Of a stretch of DNA of 64,000 bases, positions 43,223-51,606 are shown in pieces. Source of the stretch: a virus. Position 1 is the first letter of the stretch; each line of letters begins with the position of its first letter. Below the pieces are notes generated by a model that worked only from the letters and a program-made list of their open reading frames with translations, was not told the DNA's origin and did not search any database. The stretch lies in IMG/VR virus record IMGVR_UViG_3300032579_000010, positions 31,016 through 95,015 of that record; one strand, 5' to 3'. The position numbers and the translations under genes were made by a program.

Positions 43223-43461
43223 TAGTTAGTGCCGTCAGCGTACTGAACTAGGTGGCTAAAAGGCTCAAGAGACTCAACCTTCGCCTTTAGTTCGGCGTTG
43301 TCCTTGGTCAGCGTTTCGTTCTCGTTAGCCAGTTGGCGCAAAGTGTCACGCTGTTGAAGGGCAATGCTGATTAAGGCTTGAACGTCACTAGAACTAGGCT
43401 CTGCGCCTTGTCCAACTTCCATCCAAATCTTTTCCGATAACTCATCAAGTGTTTTGGTCAT
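43222..43461 (-). CDS. Hypothetical coiled-coil protein
   Basis: TAGGAG RBS; heptad pattern. Confidence 0.6.
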   Translation of the reverse strand: MTKTLDELSEKIWMEVGQGAEPSSSDVQALISIALQQRDTLRQLANENETLTKDNAELKAKVESLEPFSHLVQYADGTN

Positions 43462-43525
43462 GGTGAACTCCTACGGTAGTGGGGTTACTATCCACAAGTT
43501 TAGCATACCCCTGTAAATAACTCAA

Positions 43526-43903
43526 CTATTCGTAGAACCTAAGCCAAGTTTCGGGATTTTCAGGGTCTGGCTTGTATTCCTTTTCGGTCTTATGCTCGCA
43601 AAAAACGCAGATAACACTGAGGATTGAACCGTTATTGCTTGAAACTCGCCAGTCGTGGGAGCAAAGGTGTGGTAAAGCGCCCTTCACCACTTGTACGGTG
43701 CGGTGAGAGGCAGGGTCTTTGGTCAGATAGCCCTGATAGACCATTCGGTCTAGGTGCTCTTGGACAGTGGCTGGCGAACTGAGGTTAACGGCTTTAGCAA
43801 TCTCACGGACAGTCGGCCCACGCTGGTAGGTTTCCCAACACCACTGAATGTAGCGGTAAATGTTCTCGTATGTCTTTTGGCTGGTGCCTATCCGATAACG
43901 CAT
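43526..43903 (-). CDS. LexA-type winged-HTH protein with C-terminal Zn-finger-like domain (no S24 peptidase)
   Basis: GPTVREIAKAVNLSSPATVQEHLDRMVYQGYLTKDPASHRTV; CSHDW...CVFC. Confidence 0.8.
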   Translation of the reverse strand: MRYRIGTSQKTYENIYRYIQWCWETYQRGPTVREIAKAVNLSSPATVQEHLDRMVYQGYLTKDPASHRTVQVVKGALPHLCSHDWRVSSNNGSILSVICVFCEHKTEKEYKPDPENPETWLRFYE

Positions 43904-43921
43904 AAACCCCAGTATAGCAGG

Positions 43922-44446
43922 TTAGACTTCCATTACCCCGACGGTTCCGTCGCTACCGTCAAAGAACTGACCGCCAGTTCCCGTGGCATTGGTGGTCGAA
44001 GCGAAGGTGAAGGTGCTCGGACCAGTCACAGTGACAGCAAAGTCGCCGTTGAAGTTAGAGTTGCTGTTCCCGATAATCTGAACTATGTCGCCGTTCTCAA
44101 CGTTTTGGAATGGCGTAGAGGCGGTCACCGTAGCAGTCGTACCGTTGCCGACAATGTTGGTAATCCACACTGGATAGATTTCGCAGTAGGCGTTAATGGC
44201 ACCTGTGTACGTCTGAGTGGTGAAGGTGTCGCCCGGAAGCAGAAGTACGCCTGAGTCGTCGGTGGCAGTTCCGCCAAGCGACAGGTAAATGCGTGAAGCG
44301 TCCGAAGTGTTGCTGACCCAAGCCTGAAGGCGGTTGGGATTAGAGGCAAGTACGTTCGTGCTGGTGTTGGTGACCGTAGTCATCGAGTTTGTGACGTTGG
44401 CTACCGAGGCTTGGAAGTTTTCAGTGCGCTCTACATAACTTGCCAT
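43922..44446 (-). CDS. Beta-rich virion-type protein
   Basis: LASNPNRLQAWVSN...IYLSLG...GVLLLPG plus GDIVQIIG...FNGDFAVTVTGPSTFTF insert; own promoter and RBS. Confidence 0.55.
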   Translation of the reverse strand: MASYVERTENFQASVANVTNSMTTVTNTSTNVLASNPNRLQAWVSNTSDASRIYLSLGGTATDDSGVLLLPGDTFTTQTYTGAINAYCEIYPVWITNIVGNGTTATVTASTPFQNVENGDIVQIIGNSNSNFNGDFAVTVTGPSTFTFASTTNATGTGGQFFDGSDGTVGVMEV

Positions 44447-44510
44447 TGTGTTCTCCTTGTCGGGATTTAGAACTGAACCAATCCTACCCCACTATTTTTT
44501 CACTAGACGC

Positions 44511-44539
44511 TTGACAAGGGTTTTGTTTCCCACTAGACT
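44511..44539 (+). promoter_or_regulatory. Plus-strand sigma-A promoter
   Basis: TTGACA-17 nt-TAGACT, opposite to all genes. Confidence 0.65.
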
Positions 44540-44544
44540 CACGC

Positions 44545-44623
44545 TCGTTCTTGGGATTTGCTGGACACAACGCCTAGAACTCCTAAATCCCGTTCGCTGG
44601 AAGGCGGCGGGATTTAGTCTTTT
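44545..44623 (+). ncRNA. Candidate ~80 nt antisense small RNA
   Basis: Lies between the plus-strand promoter and a terminator; stem-loop displays an 18-mer complementary to the mRNA at 47677-47694. Confidence 0.5.
44583..44623 (+). terminator. Intrinsic terminator
   Basis: CTAAATCCCG...CGGGATTTAG stem followed by TCTTTT on the plus strand. Confidence 0.65.
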
Positions 44624-45104
44624 ACAGGTGAGCCTTGATTCGTTCCTTTTTGGGCAAGTGGTCGAGGATAGTCCTACCGTCTAGGTGGTCAATCTCGTGT
44701 TGGAAGATACAGGCTTCTATGCCTGTCGCTTCTTTTTCCACCACATTACCTTTTAGGTCAAGCCCTAAAAGGTGGACGGTTTCGTGACGGGTGATGTTAA
44801 ATCCCTTGCCCGGTATGGATAGGCAACCTTCGTGACCGACCTGAGCACCAGACCAGCCAACAATGCGTGGGTTAATAACAGCACGAAGCACTTTGTCGTT
44901 CATTTCATAGACAAAAATGCGCTGGCTGATGCCGACCTGATTAGCCGCTAAGCCAACTCCACCGAGGCGGTACATAACTTCGCCCATACGGGCAACAAGA
45001 GAAACCGTCTCGCCGTTGATTTCACCAATGTCCTTCGTTGGGATAGAAAGGCACGGGTCGGGGATAGTGCGTATGTCAAGCAAAATCGCTGAAGGTGTTG
45101 TCAT
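44622..45104 (-). CDS. def: Peptide deformylase
   Basis: GVGLAANQVG, EGCLSIP and QHEIDHLDG motifs; likely start MTTPS. Confidence 0.95.
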   Translation of the reverse strand: MTTPSAILLDIRTIPDPCLSIPTKDIGEINGETVSLVARMGEVMYRLGGVGLAANQVGISQRIFVYEMNDKVLRAVINPRIVGWSGAQVGHEGCLSIPGKGFNITRHETVHLLGLDLKGNVVEKEATGIEACIFQHEIDHLDGRTILDHLPKKERIKAHL

Positions 45105-45378
45105 AGTCTGAACGTATTTCCGCAAACAACGCTTCGACAAAATCGTTCAAGTCGGGGATTTCACTCTGGTGAGCAAAGAGGCGACCAGCGGCAGTGGCGA
45201 AGGCAAAAGAGAAAAGACTGCGTTCTAACTTCAGTTCGTCAATGGCGTTCTTTTGTTCCTTAGCGCCGATAGTCAGTAAGTCTTGCATTTTCACCATTGA
45301 GTTGAGCGAGGTTTGCGTCAACTCCAACTTCTCTTTCGTTGTAGCGAGTTCTTGCTTCAAATCTGATTTACGAGTCAT
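45076..45378 (-). CDS. Hypothetical coiled-coil protein
   Basis: Coupled ORF. Confidence 0.55.
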   Translation of the reverse strand: MTRKSDLKQELATTKEKLELTQTSLNSMVKMQDLLTIGAKEQKNAIDELKLERSLFSFAFATAAGRLFAHQSEIPDLNDFVEALFAEIRSDYDNTFSDFA

Positions 45379-45533
45379 TGGTCACGGTACTTTTCTGGCA
45401 CTTGCCCCTTATAGGGTGTGCCGTTGTATTCGGAAGTAAAAGGAAACTTTGCACCACAACTTGCGCAATACACAAAGGTCTTTGCCCCAGCGTTCATTAG
45501 CGTCCAGTTGTGGCGTGGGCACTTGCTAGCCAT
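45375..45533 (-). CDS. 52 aa Zn-ribbon-like microprotein (below ORF-track cutoff)
   Basis: MASKCPRHNW...YCASCGAKF; overlaps both neighbours. Confidence 0.55.
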   Translation of the reverse strand: MASKCPRHNWTLMNAGAKTFVYCASCGAKFPFTSEYNGTPYKGQVPEKYRDQ

Positions 45534-45723
45534 TTTCACTACTTTCTTCATCACTCAAAATGTGATTAACGATTGTATCCGCTAGGCGACGCAGTTGGTC
45601 TTTGGTGTCAAGGTCGGGCGTAATGAATACGCCGTAGTAACTACCGTCGTCGTCTTGATACCCCTTGTAGTACCACCCGTTGTGGTTCCAAAGGTCTACC
45701 AGTGTCTTTTGGTGATTATCCAC
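45526..45723 (-). CDS. Hypothetical protein
   Basis: Coupled ORF. Confidence 0.5.
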   Translation of the reverse strand: MDNHQKTLVDLWNHNGWYYKGYQDDDGSYYGVFITPDLDTKDQLRRLADTIVNHILSDEESSENG

Positions 45724-45877
45724 GACGGAATAGTTTGCGCTGTGCTGGCTCTGGCTTGGTCGTCTCTGCCTTTTCGTAAGCCTGTAGTTCGGGCGAGTTG
45801 TTACCTGCCGTTACTGGCTTATGGGCTTTGGCTTGCTCTTGTGCCTTCTGACGAAGGGCTGGTACACGCTTGGGCAT
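45716..45877 (-). CDS. 53 aa basic microprotein (below cutoff)
   Basis: TAATG-coupled to the methylase stop: MPKRVPALRQK...RKLFRRG*. Confidence 0.5.
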   Translation of the reverse strand: MPKRVPALRQKAQEQAKAHKPVTAGNNSPELQAYEKAETTKPEPAQRKLFRRG

Positions 45878-46956
45878 TACATAACCTCCACTTGGTTAAA
45901 CATTGGTGCGTCATCGCTAATCCTACACCGTGCGATTTCACCATACTCAGGGTTGAGTTCGGTTCCGATGTAGTTTCTCCCGTGACGCAAGGCGACAACG
46001 GCGACTGTTCCACTGCCCGTAAATGGGTCGAGAACAGTATCGCCTTCTGCTGAACCTGACAGGACGCTGGGTTCAACCAATGCTTCTGGCATCACGGCGA
46101 AGTGAGCGCCCTTAAACGGCTTGGTGGCGATAGTCCATACGTCACGCTTGTTGCGCTTCTCGTAAGACTTCTCAAGACCTGAGTGTGGCTGTAGTCCTGA
46201 GCCTTCATTGTGGTACTTTCCACCACTTCGGTCACGAGTTCCCCAGTCTTGCGCTGGTTCCTTGATTGCCTCGTTGTCGAAGTAATAGTGCTGAGACTTG
46301 CTTAACAAGAAAACGTATTCGTGGCTCTTGGTGCAACGGTCACGAACGCTCTCTGGCATTGGATTTGGCTTTGCCCAGATAATGTCTTGGCGCAAGTACC
46401 AACCGTCGGCTCGTAGGGCAAAGGCGAGCATCCATGGAATACCCATTAGGTCTTTTGGCTTCAGTCCTTGCGGTACTTTGCCTGAGGCGCTGGTGTGTTC
46501 CATATTGCGCTCGTCGTTTTCAGCACCCAAGTTTCCTGCCGGACCTTTTCCCGACCCTGAGTAACTGTCGCCAATGTTCAGCCAGACTGTTCCGTCGTCA
46601 GTAAGGATTCGGCGGATTTCCCTAAAGACCTCGACCATACTTTCGACATACTGCTCTGGTGATTCCTCTAAGCCGAGTTGCTCGTCAATGCGGACTGCGC
46701 CACACTTTGGACACTCAGACTTGTAGATAGCGTCACCAACGGTCAGCAATGGATTCTTGTGACCAGTAATGGTTGCGTCGCTTTTCTTGCTGTCTCGCTT
46801 GTGCGAACACTCTGGGTCACCACCTTCCCAATCGCCAGTTCCGTAGTCACGGAGTCCGTAATACGGCGGTGAGGTGATACACGTCCTTGCGGTTCCGTCG
46901 GGGATTTCGGCTAACCGTTTCCTAACGTCACCAATCAGTATCTTTGCTTCGGGCAT
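45877..46956 (-). CDS. Orphan N4-C/N6-A DNA methyltransferase (beta class)
   Basis: TSPPYY precedes VLDPFTGSGT; IIWAKPNPMPESV; no cognate endonuclease seen. Confidence 0.92.
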   Translation of the reverse strand: MPEAKILIGDVRKRLAEIPDGTARTCITSPPYYGLRDYGTGDWEGGDPECSHKRDSKKSDATITGHKNPLLTVGDAIYKSECPKCGAVRIDEQLGLEESPEQYVESMVEVFREIRRILTDDGTVWLNIGDSYSGSGKGPAGNLGAENDERNMEHTSASGKVPQGLKPKDLMGIPWMLAFALRADGWYLRQDIIWAKPNPMPESVRDRCTKSHEYVFLLSKSQHYYFDNEAIKEPAQDWGTRDRSGGKYHNEGSGLQPHSGLEKSYEKRNKRDVWTIATKPFKGAHFAVMPEALVEPSVLSGSAEGDTVLDPFTGSGTVAVVALRHGRNYIGTELNPEYGEIARCRISDDAPMFNQVEVM

Positions 46957-46992
46957 AAACCCTACGTTAGCAAAAATGGAAGGGCGAGTGTT

Positions 46993-47628
46993 TTATTCTC
47001 CTACACAACCGTCTTGCCACTCAGGGGCGAAACCGTGGTTGTAGTTGTAGAACCAAACTGCCACTGCTGATTGTTGCTGTGGCGTGGCTAAGTTCGCACT
47101 GGTCGTCTCAATACCAACGTGACTTGCGCCAAATGCCCATAGGTAAGGCAAGAACTGGTACAGACCCTGCGCACCTGAGTACTGGTTGGTGTCGTTGGGG
47201 TGATTTCGACTTTCCGCATAGCGAATACAGGCAAACGTGCTCTGAACGGACAACGGCAACGTGTGGGTTGGGTCGTCTGATGTTGGCTCATATGCCGTTG
47301 GGTCATACGTCCACGTCCACCAAAGAGGCTCACCGATTTGGTAAGTGCTCGTGGTGACCGAGTGTGGGCGGATAGTCTCACTAACCACAGGGCGACCCTT
47401 AATAGTCTCAGGCAGGTGCGCCAGCGTGGTCGTGGTTACCGACGAAGCAAACGGCATTGAGTCTGAGTAGGACGTTAGAAGTGCCTTTTGGTTAGCCGTC
47501 AAAACGGTAGTCGTCGTCGTTGGTGATACGACGGAACTCGCTATGGTCGAGGCTGGGGATACGGCGTGGGAAACCAAGCCGACTGTTGTGGCGAGGGCTA
47601 ATGTTGCCCCTCGCACTAGACCCCTCAC
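46993..47628 (-). CDS. Secreted Rpf/lysozyme-like lytic transglycosylase
   Basis: Signal peptide, Thr-rich linker, CIRYAESR...GAQGLYQF...W...ATPQQQSAVA...W..C. Confidence 0.85.
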   Translation of the reverse strand: MRGLVRGATLALATTVGLVSHAVSPASTIASSVVSPTTTTTVLTANQKALLTSYSDSMPFASSVTTTTLAHLPETIKGRPVVSETIRPHSVTTSTYQIGEPLWWTWTYDPTAYEPTSDDPTHTLPLSVQSTFACIRYAESRNHPNDTNQYSGAQGLYQFLPYLWAFGASHVGIETTSANLATPQQQSAVAVWFYNYNHGFAPEWQDGCVGE

Positions 47629-47687
47629 TGACCGTCCTTTAACGAGGGATAGGACGTACTGCTCTTAATGCTGACATTGCTGGACAC
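47625..47687 (-). CDS. Putative 20 aa leader peptide coupled to the Rpf-like gene
   Basis: AAAGGAGG RBS, GTG start, MSSNVSIKSSTSYPSLKDGQ*; stop overlaps the next GTG (GTGA). Confidence 0.45.
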   Translation of the reverse strand: MSSNVSIKSSTSYPSLKDGQ

Positions 47688-47722
47688 AACGCCTCCTTTG
47701 GTTACCCATTGGGGGATACAAA

Positions 47723-47752
47723 AGGTTACCCGAAGGTGACACCTAAAGCAAG
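47723..47752 (-). promoter_or_regulatory. Putative promoter of the leader/Rpf-like transcript
   Basis: TTGCTT-17 nt-TAACCT. Confidence 0.5.
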
Positions 47753-47754
47753 TG

Positions 47755-50700
47755 TTAGGCTGTTTCGCCTGATGAGGCTTTATTTTTGAGGTTTTCCTTC
47801 CCCATAACCAGCCATAAGAAATCGTCAGGCTCGGAACTGTCCACGTCGTGCCAGTTGCCGTCAGTGTCCATCCACTTGTCACCCTGAATCCACTGCGGAC
47901 CAAACATACCGTCAGCCCAGTAGCCGTCGGTAACGTTCTTTGGTGCTTCGTCTTGAGCCTTACTCATAAACCCTAGTTTAGCAGACTTAGTAACCTTTGT
48001 CCAACCTAGTGCTTCGGCAATGTTGGTAACCAAAGGCGTGTCAGGAACGAGTGGTGATTGGAAGGCGGCGTAGGACTCGGCAACAGTCTCCTGAAGGGTC
48101 GTCGAGCCGTATCTAGTGCTACCCAAAGAGTTAATGACACTCTGGGTAGAGGGAAGTAATGGGGTGTTTCCCCAGCCTTTACTAGATAGATACGAAGGAA
48201 GGTCGGCTCTAAGAATGTTTCCATCAGGCGTTGACATTCCGTAAGGAACATTTCTGCTGACGTAAAGTTTTATAGAAGAGTCTGTGACCTTATTCCAGTC
48301 TGGTGTTGTCACACCTAGTTCTTGACCTGTCTTGTCGAGGGCGGAATAAATCTGGTCAATGTGGTCTCCAGCAGCAAAGAAGTTGGAGTGACCTAGTTCG
48401 TGGATAACCGTGGACGCAATGCTTTGTTCGGGGTTGGCAATGAGGTCAGAAACCGACCATTCCTTTTGTAGGTCGCCTTCGGTCAAGTCCTTTTGGGTGC
48501 CGTCAGGGAAACCCTGCGACATATTGTTGGTAAAGAAATCTCTTACTTCGTCCGAAGCATTTTGCATACCTGCGATTTCACCAGAACGCCAGTAAACATC
48601 GCTAGCGACGGTAGACCATTTGCCCATTTGGATTGTGTTGGGGTTGGCAGGATTGACCCAAGCGCCAGTTGAGCGGTCAGCATCGTTGGCATGGGTGAAG
48701 TCAAGAGTCTTACCTTCACCGTACTTGTCAATAGCGTTCATAGCGGCTGTAGAAAGTCGTTCACCGGGTGCCCAACCTCGTGCACCCTTGGCGAAAATGA
48801 CGGTGTTGGTTCCCTTTGTGAAGTAAATCTTTCCACCAGACTCGCTCTTAGACCAGCCCTTTGGAACGGGTGCCTTCATGCGAGGCAAGGTCTTACGGGC
48901 TAACAGTGTTTTGGCTTCTTTGTAGCCTTCGCTCGTCCCCTTCCACGTTGCGTTGGAGTTTGGTACGCCACCGATTCCACCAGTCCATTGGTTTCCGTGG
49001 AACGAGTGACCAGAAACATCGCCTTTTGCTACGGGTTTTTCAGCATCAGCCTTGAACTGCAAGTCCATTGCTCGGTAGTACAACTCGGAAGCCTTGTCCT
49101 CGTCTCCTGCGAGTCGTGCTTCCTTGCTGGCTTGTCGCAGTTCCTCAGCCTTTTCAGCATTGGACTTCTCTGACTTTTCCTTTTTTGCTACGTCGAGGAC
49201 TGCTTTGATAACGGCAGTAACTAGTTCTACGGAGTTTTTCACCACAGACTTATTGACACCTGCGGAAGCAATAAGGGTATTGGCGTAGTCTTTTGCCTCA
49301 GCGTCAGTACAGGTGGCGATAGAGCCGAACTTGCTGATTAACTCAGGCGTGGCTGAGACAACTTGCCAGTATTTCGTAAGACTAAATGAGTGGGAGTCTG
49401 AGTAGTCCTTTAGTTCCTGAAGGGTTTGTTCGCCGTTTGCGTCAACGAACTTGTCATCACCGATTTGGAGTGCGTAGTGCTGAACAAAAACGGGTGGATA
49501 GTTCTTACCTTCTTCAGGAGTTATGGGGTCGCCAAGGGCGACAGGCTTACCGTTGGGGTAGATGTTCTGTAGAGCCTTCATAACCACGCCACAACCACCG
49601 AACAGTGGGCTGTTGTTGGGATAGCCAAGATACCCCTGCTTTGTCATAATCCTATTGAACGCATTAATGCTCTCAGACGACATAAAGGCGGATTTCACCT
49701 GTTCGCCTGTAAGCAATGCGCCTTCTGCCGAGCCGTTACCGCCTGTCCACTGATTGCCGTGGAACTCATGTCCTGCCACGTCACCCTTTTTCACCTCTTG
49801 GCTATTGAAGTGGGCGACCATTTTTTTTGCCCACGAGTAGCCAGCATCGCCACCCCAAGCGTCCCAAGCGACACGACCCGGCGACGGGTAACCGTTTTCA
49901 CCAGAACTAAAGCCTTCTGCCTTCTTGTCTGGTTGGTGGCGGTCAAAGTACGCCTTCATACGACGCAGCGTGTCCTCTGAGACACTGTGAGCGCTGGCTA
50001 GGTCGCTGGCTCGCTTGCGTCCAACGGCGGTGAATCCGTCTCCTGCCTTGCCGTCCTTTATCCAGTCCAGCGCACGTTGAGCGGCTTGTTGGACACCCTG
50101 CGGTGGTGTGAATGATTCTGAACTCTTAGCAACGTCTGAGACAGATTTCACTACTGAGGCAACCGAGTCAAGCGCACGGAACGCCTCAATCAACCTGTCA
50201 AGATTGTCAATGAGGTTTTGGAACTTGTCGTCCATTCCCAACTGGGCAAAGTGTGGTTCGAGGGTCGCCAGTTTGGGCTTCATAATCAGCAAAGCCTCTA
50301 GCGTCAAACCACGGTTCCAAAGGTATGCAATGAAGTCTGGCTGTGGCACTCGTGGGCGGAAGTTGCAAAGAGCGTGGTCAATACCGACAATGCGGTTTTC
50401 ACCTGTGTAAATCAAGTTCTTGGGTCGGCGGTCAGCGTTGGCTACGAGGTAGTCAAAAAGACGCAGATTGTCTCCCTGAGCCGTTTCTGGGTAGTATTCC
50501 TCGATTCCCAGTTCCTCGCCTGTCTTGCCCTCAATGAAGGGCATAATGACCGTTTTAGCCCCGTCTGAGGTGAATAGGCAGTCACGGATAGGTGCGTTAA
50601 TAACTTCGCCTACACGGGCAGACAGGTACTCCTGAGCGGAAAGTAGCGGAGCAGGATACAACCTGTGGGTTTTATTTCCGACCCAATCCTTCAGTTCCTT

Positions 50701-50835
50701 TTGGATTCCACCACTACCGTCGGCAAATGTGACAAAAGTGAAGCCGTTGTTTTGGTTTCCCTTGAACTTGCCGTCGAGTAGGTTGCGCTCAACAATGTCA
50801 ATGTTGGTGAAGGTGACAAAGTTGGGTTGGAACAT
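47755..50835 (-). CDS. Polyvalent head-associated protein: PI3/4K/HipA-like kinase + phage head domain + papain-like domain + zincin metallopeptidase
   Basis: FDYLVANADRRPKN...GIDHAL; GRVAWDAWGGDAG; GGCG...QHY...FVDANG; VIHELGH...RYG...ETVAESY; two KGDVxGHxFHGNQW tags. Confidence 0.75.
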   Translation of the reverse strand: MFQPNFVTFTNIDIVERNLLDGKFKGNQNNGFTFVTFADGSGGIQKELKDWVGNKTHRLYPAPLLSAQEYLSARVGEVINAPIRDCLFTSDGAKTVIMPFIEGKTGEELGIEEYYPETAQGDNLRLFDYLVANADRRPKNLIYTGENRIVGIDHALCNFRPRVPQPDFIAYLWNRGLTLEALLIMKPKLATLEPHFAQLGMDDKFQNLIDNLDRLIEAFRALDSVASVVKSVSDVAKSSESFTPPQGVQQAAQRALDWIKDGKAGDGFTAVGRKRASDLASAHSVSEDTLRRMKAYFDRHQPDKKAEGFSSGENGYPSPGRVAWDAWGGDAGYSWAKKMVAHFNSQEVKKGDVAGHEFHGNQWTGGNGSAEGALLTGEQVKSAFMSSESINAFNRIMTKQGYLGYPNNSPLFGGCGVVMKALQNIYPNGKPVALGDPITPEEGKNYPPVFVQHYALQIGDDKFVDANGEQTLQELKDYSDSHSFSLTKYWQVVSATPELISKFGSIATCTDAEAKDYANTLIASAGVNKSVVKNSVELVTAVIKAVLDVAKKEKSEKSNAEKAEELRQASKEARLAGDEDKASELYYRAMDLQFKADAEKPVAKGDVSGHSFHGNQWTGGIGGVPNSNATWKGTSEGYKEAKTLLARKTLPRMKAPVPKGWSKSESGGKIYFTKGTNTVIFAKGARGWAPGERLSTAAMNAIDKYGEGKTLDFTHANDADRSTGAWVNPANPNTIQMGKWSTVASDVYWRSGEIAGMQNASDEVRDFFTNNMSQGFPDGTQKDLTEGDLQKEWSVSDLIANPEQSIASTVIHELGHSNFFAAGDHIDQIYSALDKTGQELGVTTPDWNKVTDSSIKLYVSRNVPYGMSTPDGNILRADLPSYLSSKGWGNTPLLPSTQSVINSLGSTRYGSTTLQETVAESYAAFQSPLVPDTPLVTNIAEALGWTKVTKSAKLGFMSKAQDEAPKNVTDGYWADGMFGPQWIQGDKWMDTDGNWHDVDSSEPDDFLWLVMGKENLKNKASSGETA

Positions 50836-50872
50836 AGGGCATCCTCTCTGAAACCCAAGCCTACTTTAGGAT

Positions 50873-50962
50873 TTAAGCCTTTTGGATTTCGCCAGAAGCG
50901 TGTCCAGCAGGTTCTCCTGTTGCATCAATGTGACGTAGTTGGCAGAAGCCCTCTGGGTTGTC
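50873..50962 (-). pseudogene. Orphan duplicate of an internal segment of the upstream gene
   Basis: Reads DNPEGFCQLRHIDATGEPAGHASGEIQKA*, 26/28 aa identical to 51345-51428; has no start codon. Confidence 0.8.
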
Positions 50963-51597
50963 AAAGCGGAACCCCAGCAGCAACCCGTGAGGCGGCTGAA
51001 GCCGTGCTTGCGTTTGCGGCTATGTTGGTTCGGTTTCCCGAACGGGCGAAATCCCCTGCTTGCTTTGAGGCACTATCATGCGCCAACGCTGCTTGGAAAT
51101 GAAGTTGGCTTACCAATCCGTTTGTTTTATCCGCCAAATCAAAGTGCGCCCTTGCAAGTTCAGCGTGTTTACTGGCTATGTCTTGCAAGTTGTGTACTTT
51201 ATTGGGGTCTGCGTCAGGCGTATTTTGGACTTTTGACGCAAAGTTAGCAAGGTCTTTTGCTTTGGAAGCAACGTCTTTGGCTTGTTCGTAATCTTCTTGT
51301 TTGGCGTACTGGTTTCCCCGAAATGGGTGACCTGAAAAGTCGCCCTTAGCGATTTCACCACTTGCCTTGCCTGCAGGCTCACCCGTAGCGTCAATGTGGC
51401 GGAGTTGGCAGAACCCTTCTGGGTTGTCTATGTGCTTTCCAGCAATGGCAACACAAGCGTCAAAGTCACCGGGGCTACCCCAGTCAATCTGACCGTCAGC
51501 GCCGTTGTTGTACCAGTCAATCAAGCCTTGGGCATTTCCCGCCTTGTGGATTTCCACCTCACGGGCGTACTTGACCCAAGACAGAATGTCAGACATG
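50961..51597 (-). CDS. Head-associated cargo protein (WGSPGDF..C domain + tag + His/Ala helical domain)
   Basis: Likely start MSDILSW; IDWGSPGDFDACV...PEGFCQLRH; IAKGDFSGHPFRGNQY. Confidence 0.7.
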
Positions 51598-51606
51598 ACG
51601 AACCGA

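Noticed and set aside
44490-44625. tRNA gene
   Set aside because: No cloverleaf or TTCGA T-loop; structure fits promoter + hairpin + terminator
45877-46956. Restriction-modification system
   Set aside because: No recognisable cognate endonuclease nearby; orphan methylase is more likely
47630-47755. c-di-AMP (ydaO) riboswitch upstream of the Rpf-like gene
   Set aside because: Leader is too short and I cannot see the conserved riboswitch motifs; an Rfam scan would settle it
50899-50909. Third partial match to the sRNA seed (TGCTGGACAC)
   Set aside because: Only about 10 nt, in the opposite orientation, and explained by Pro-Ala-Gly-His codons of the orphan duplicate
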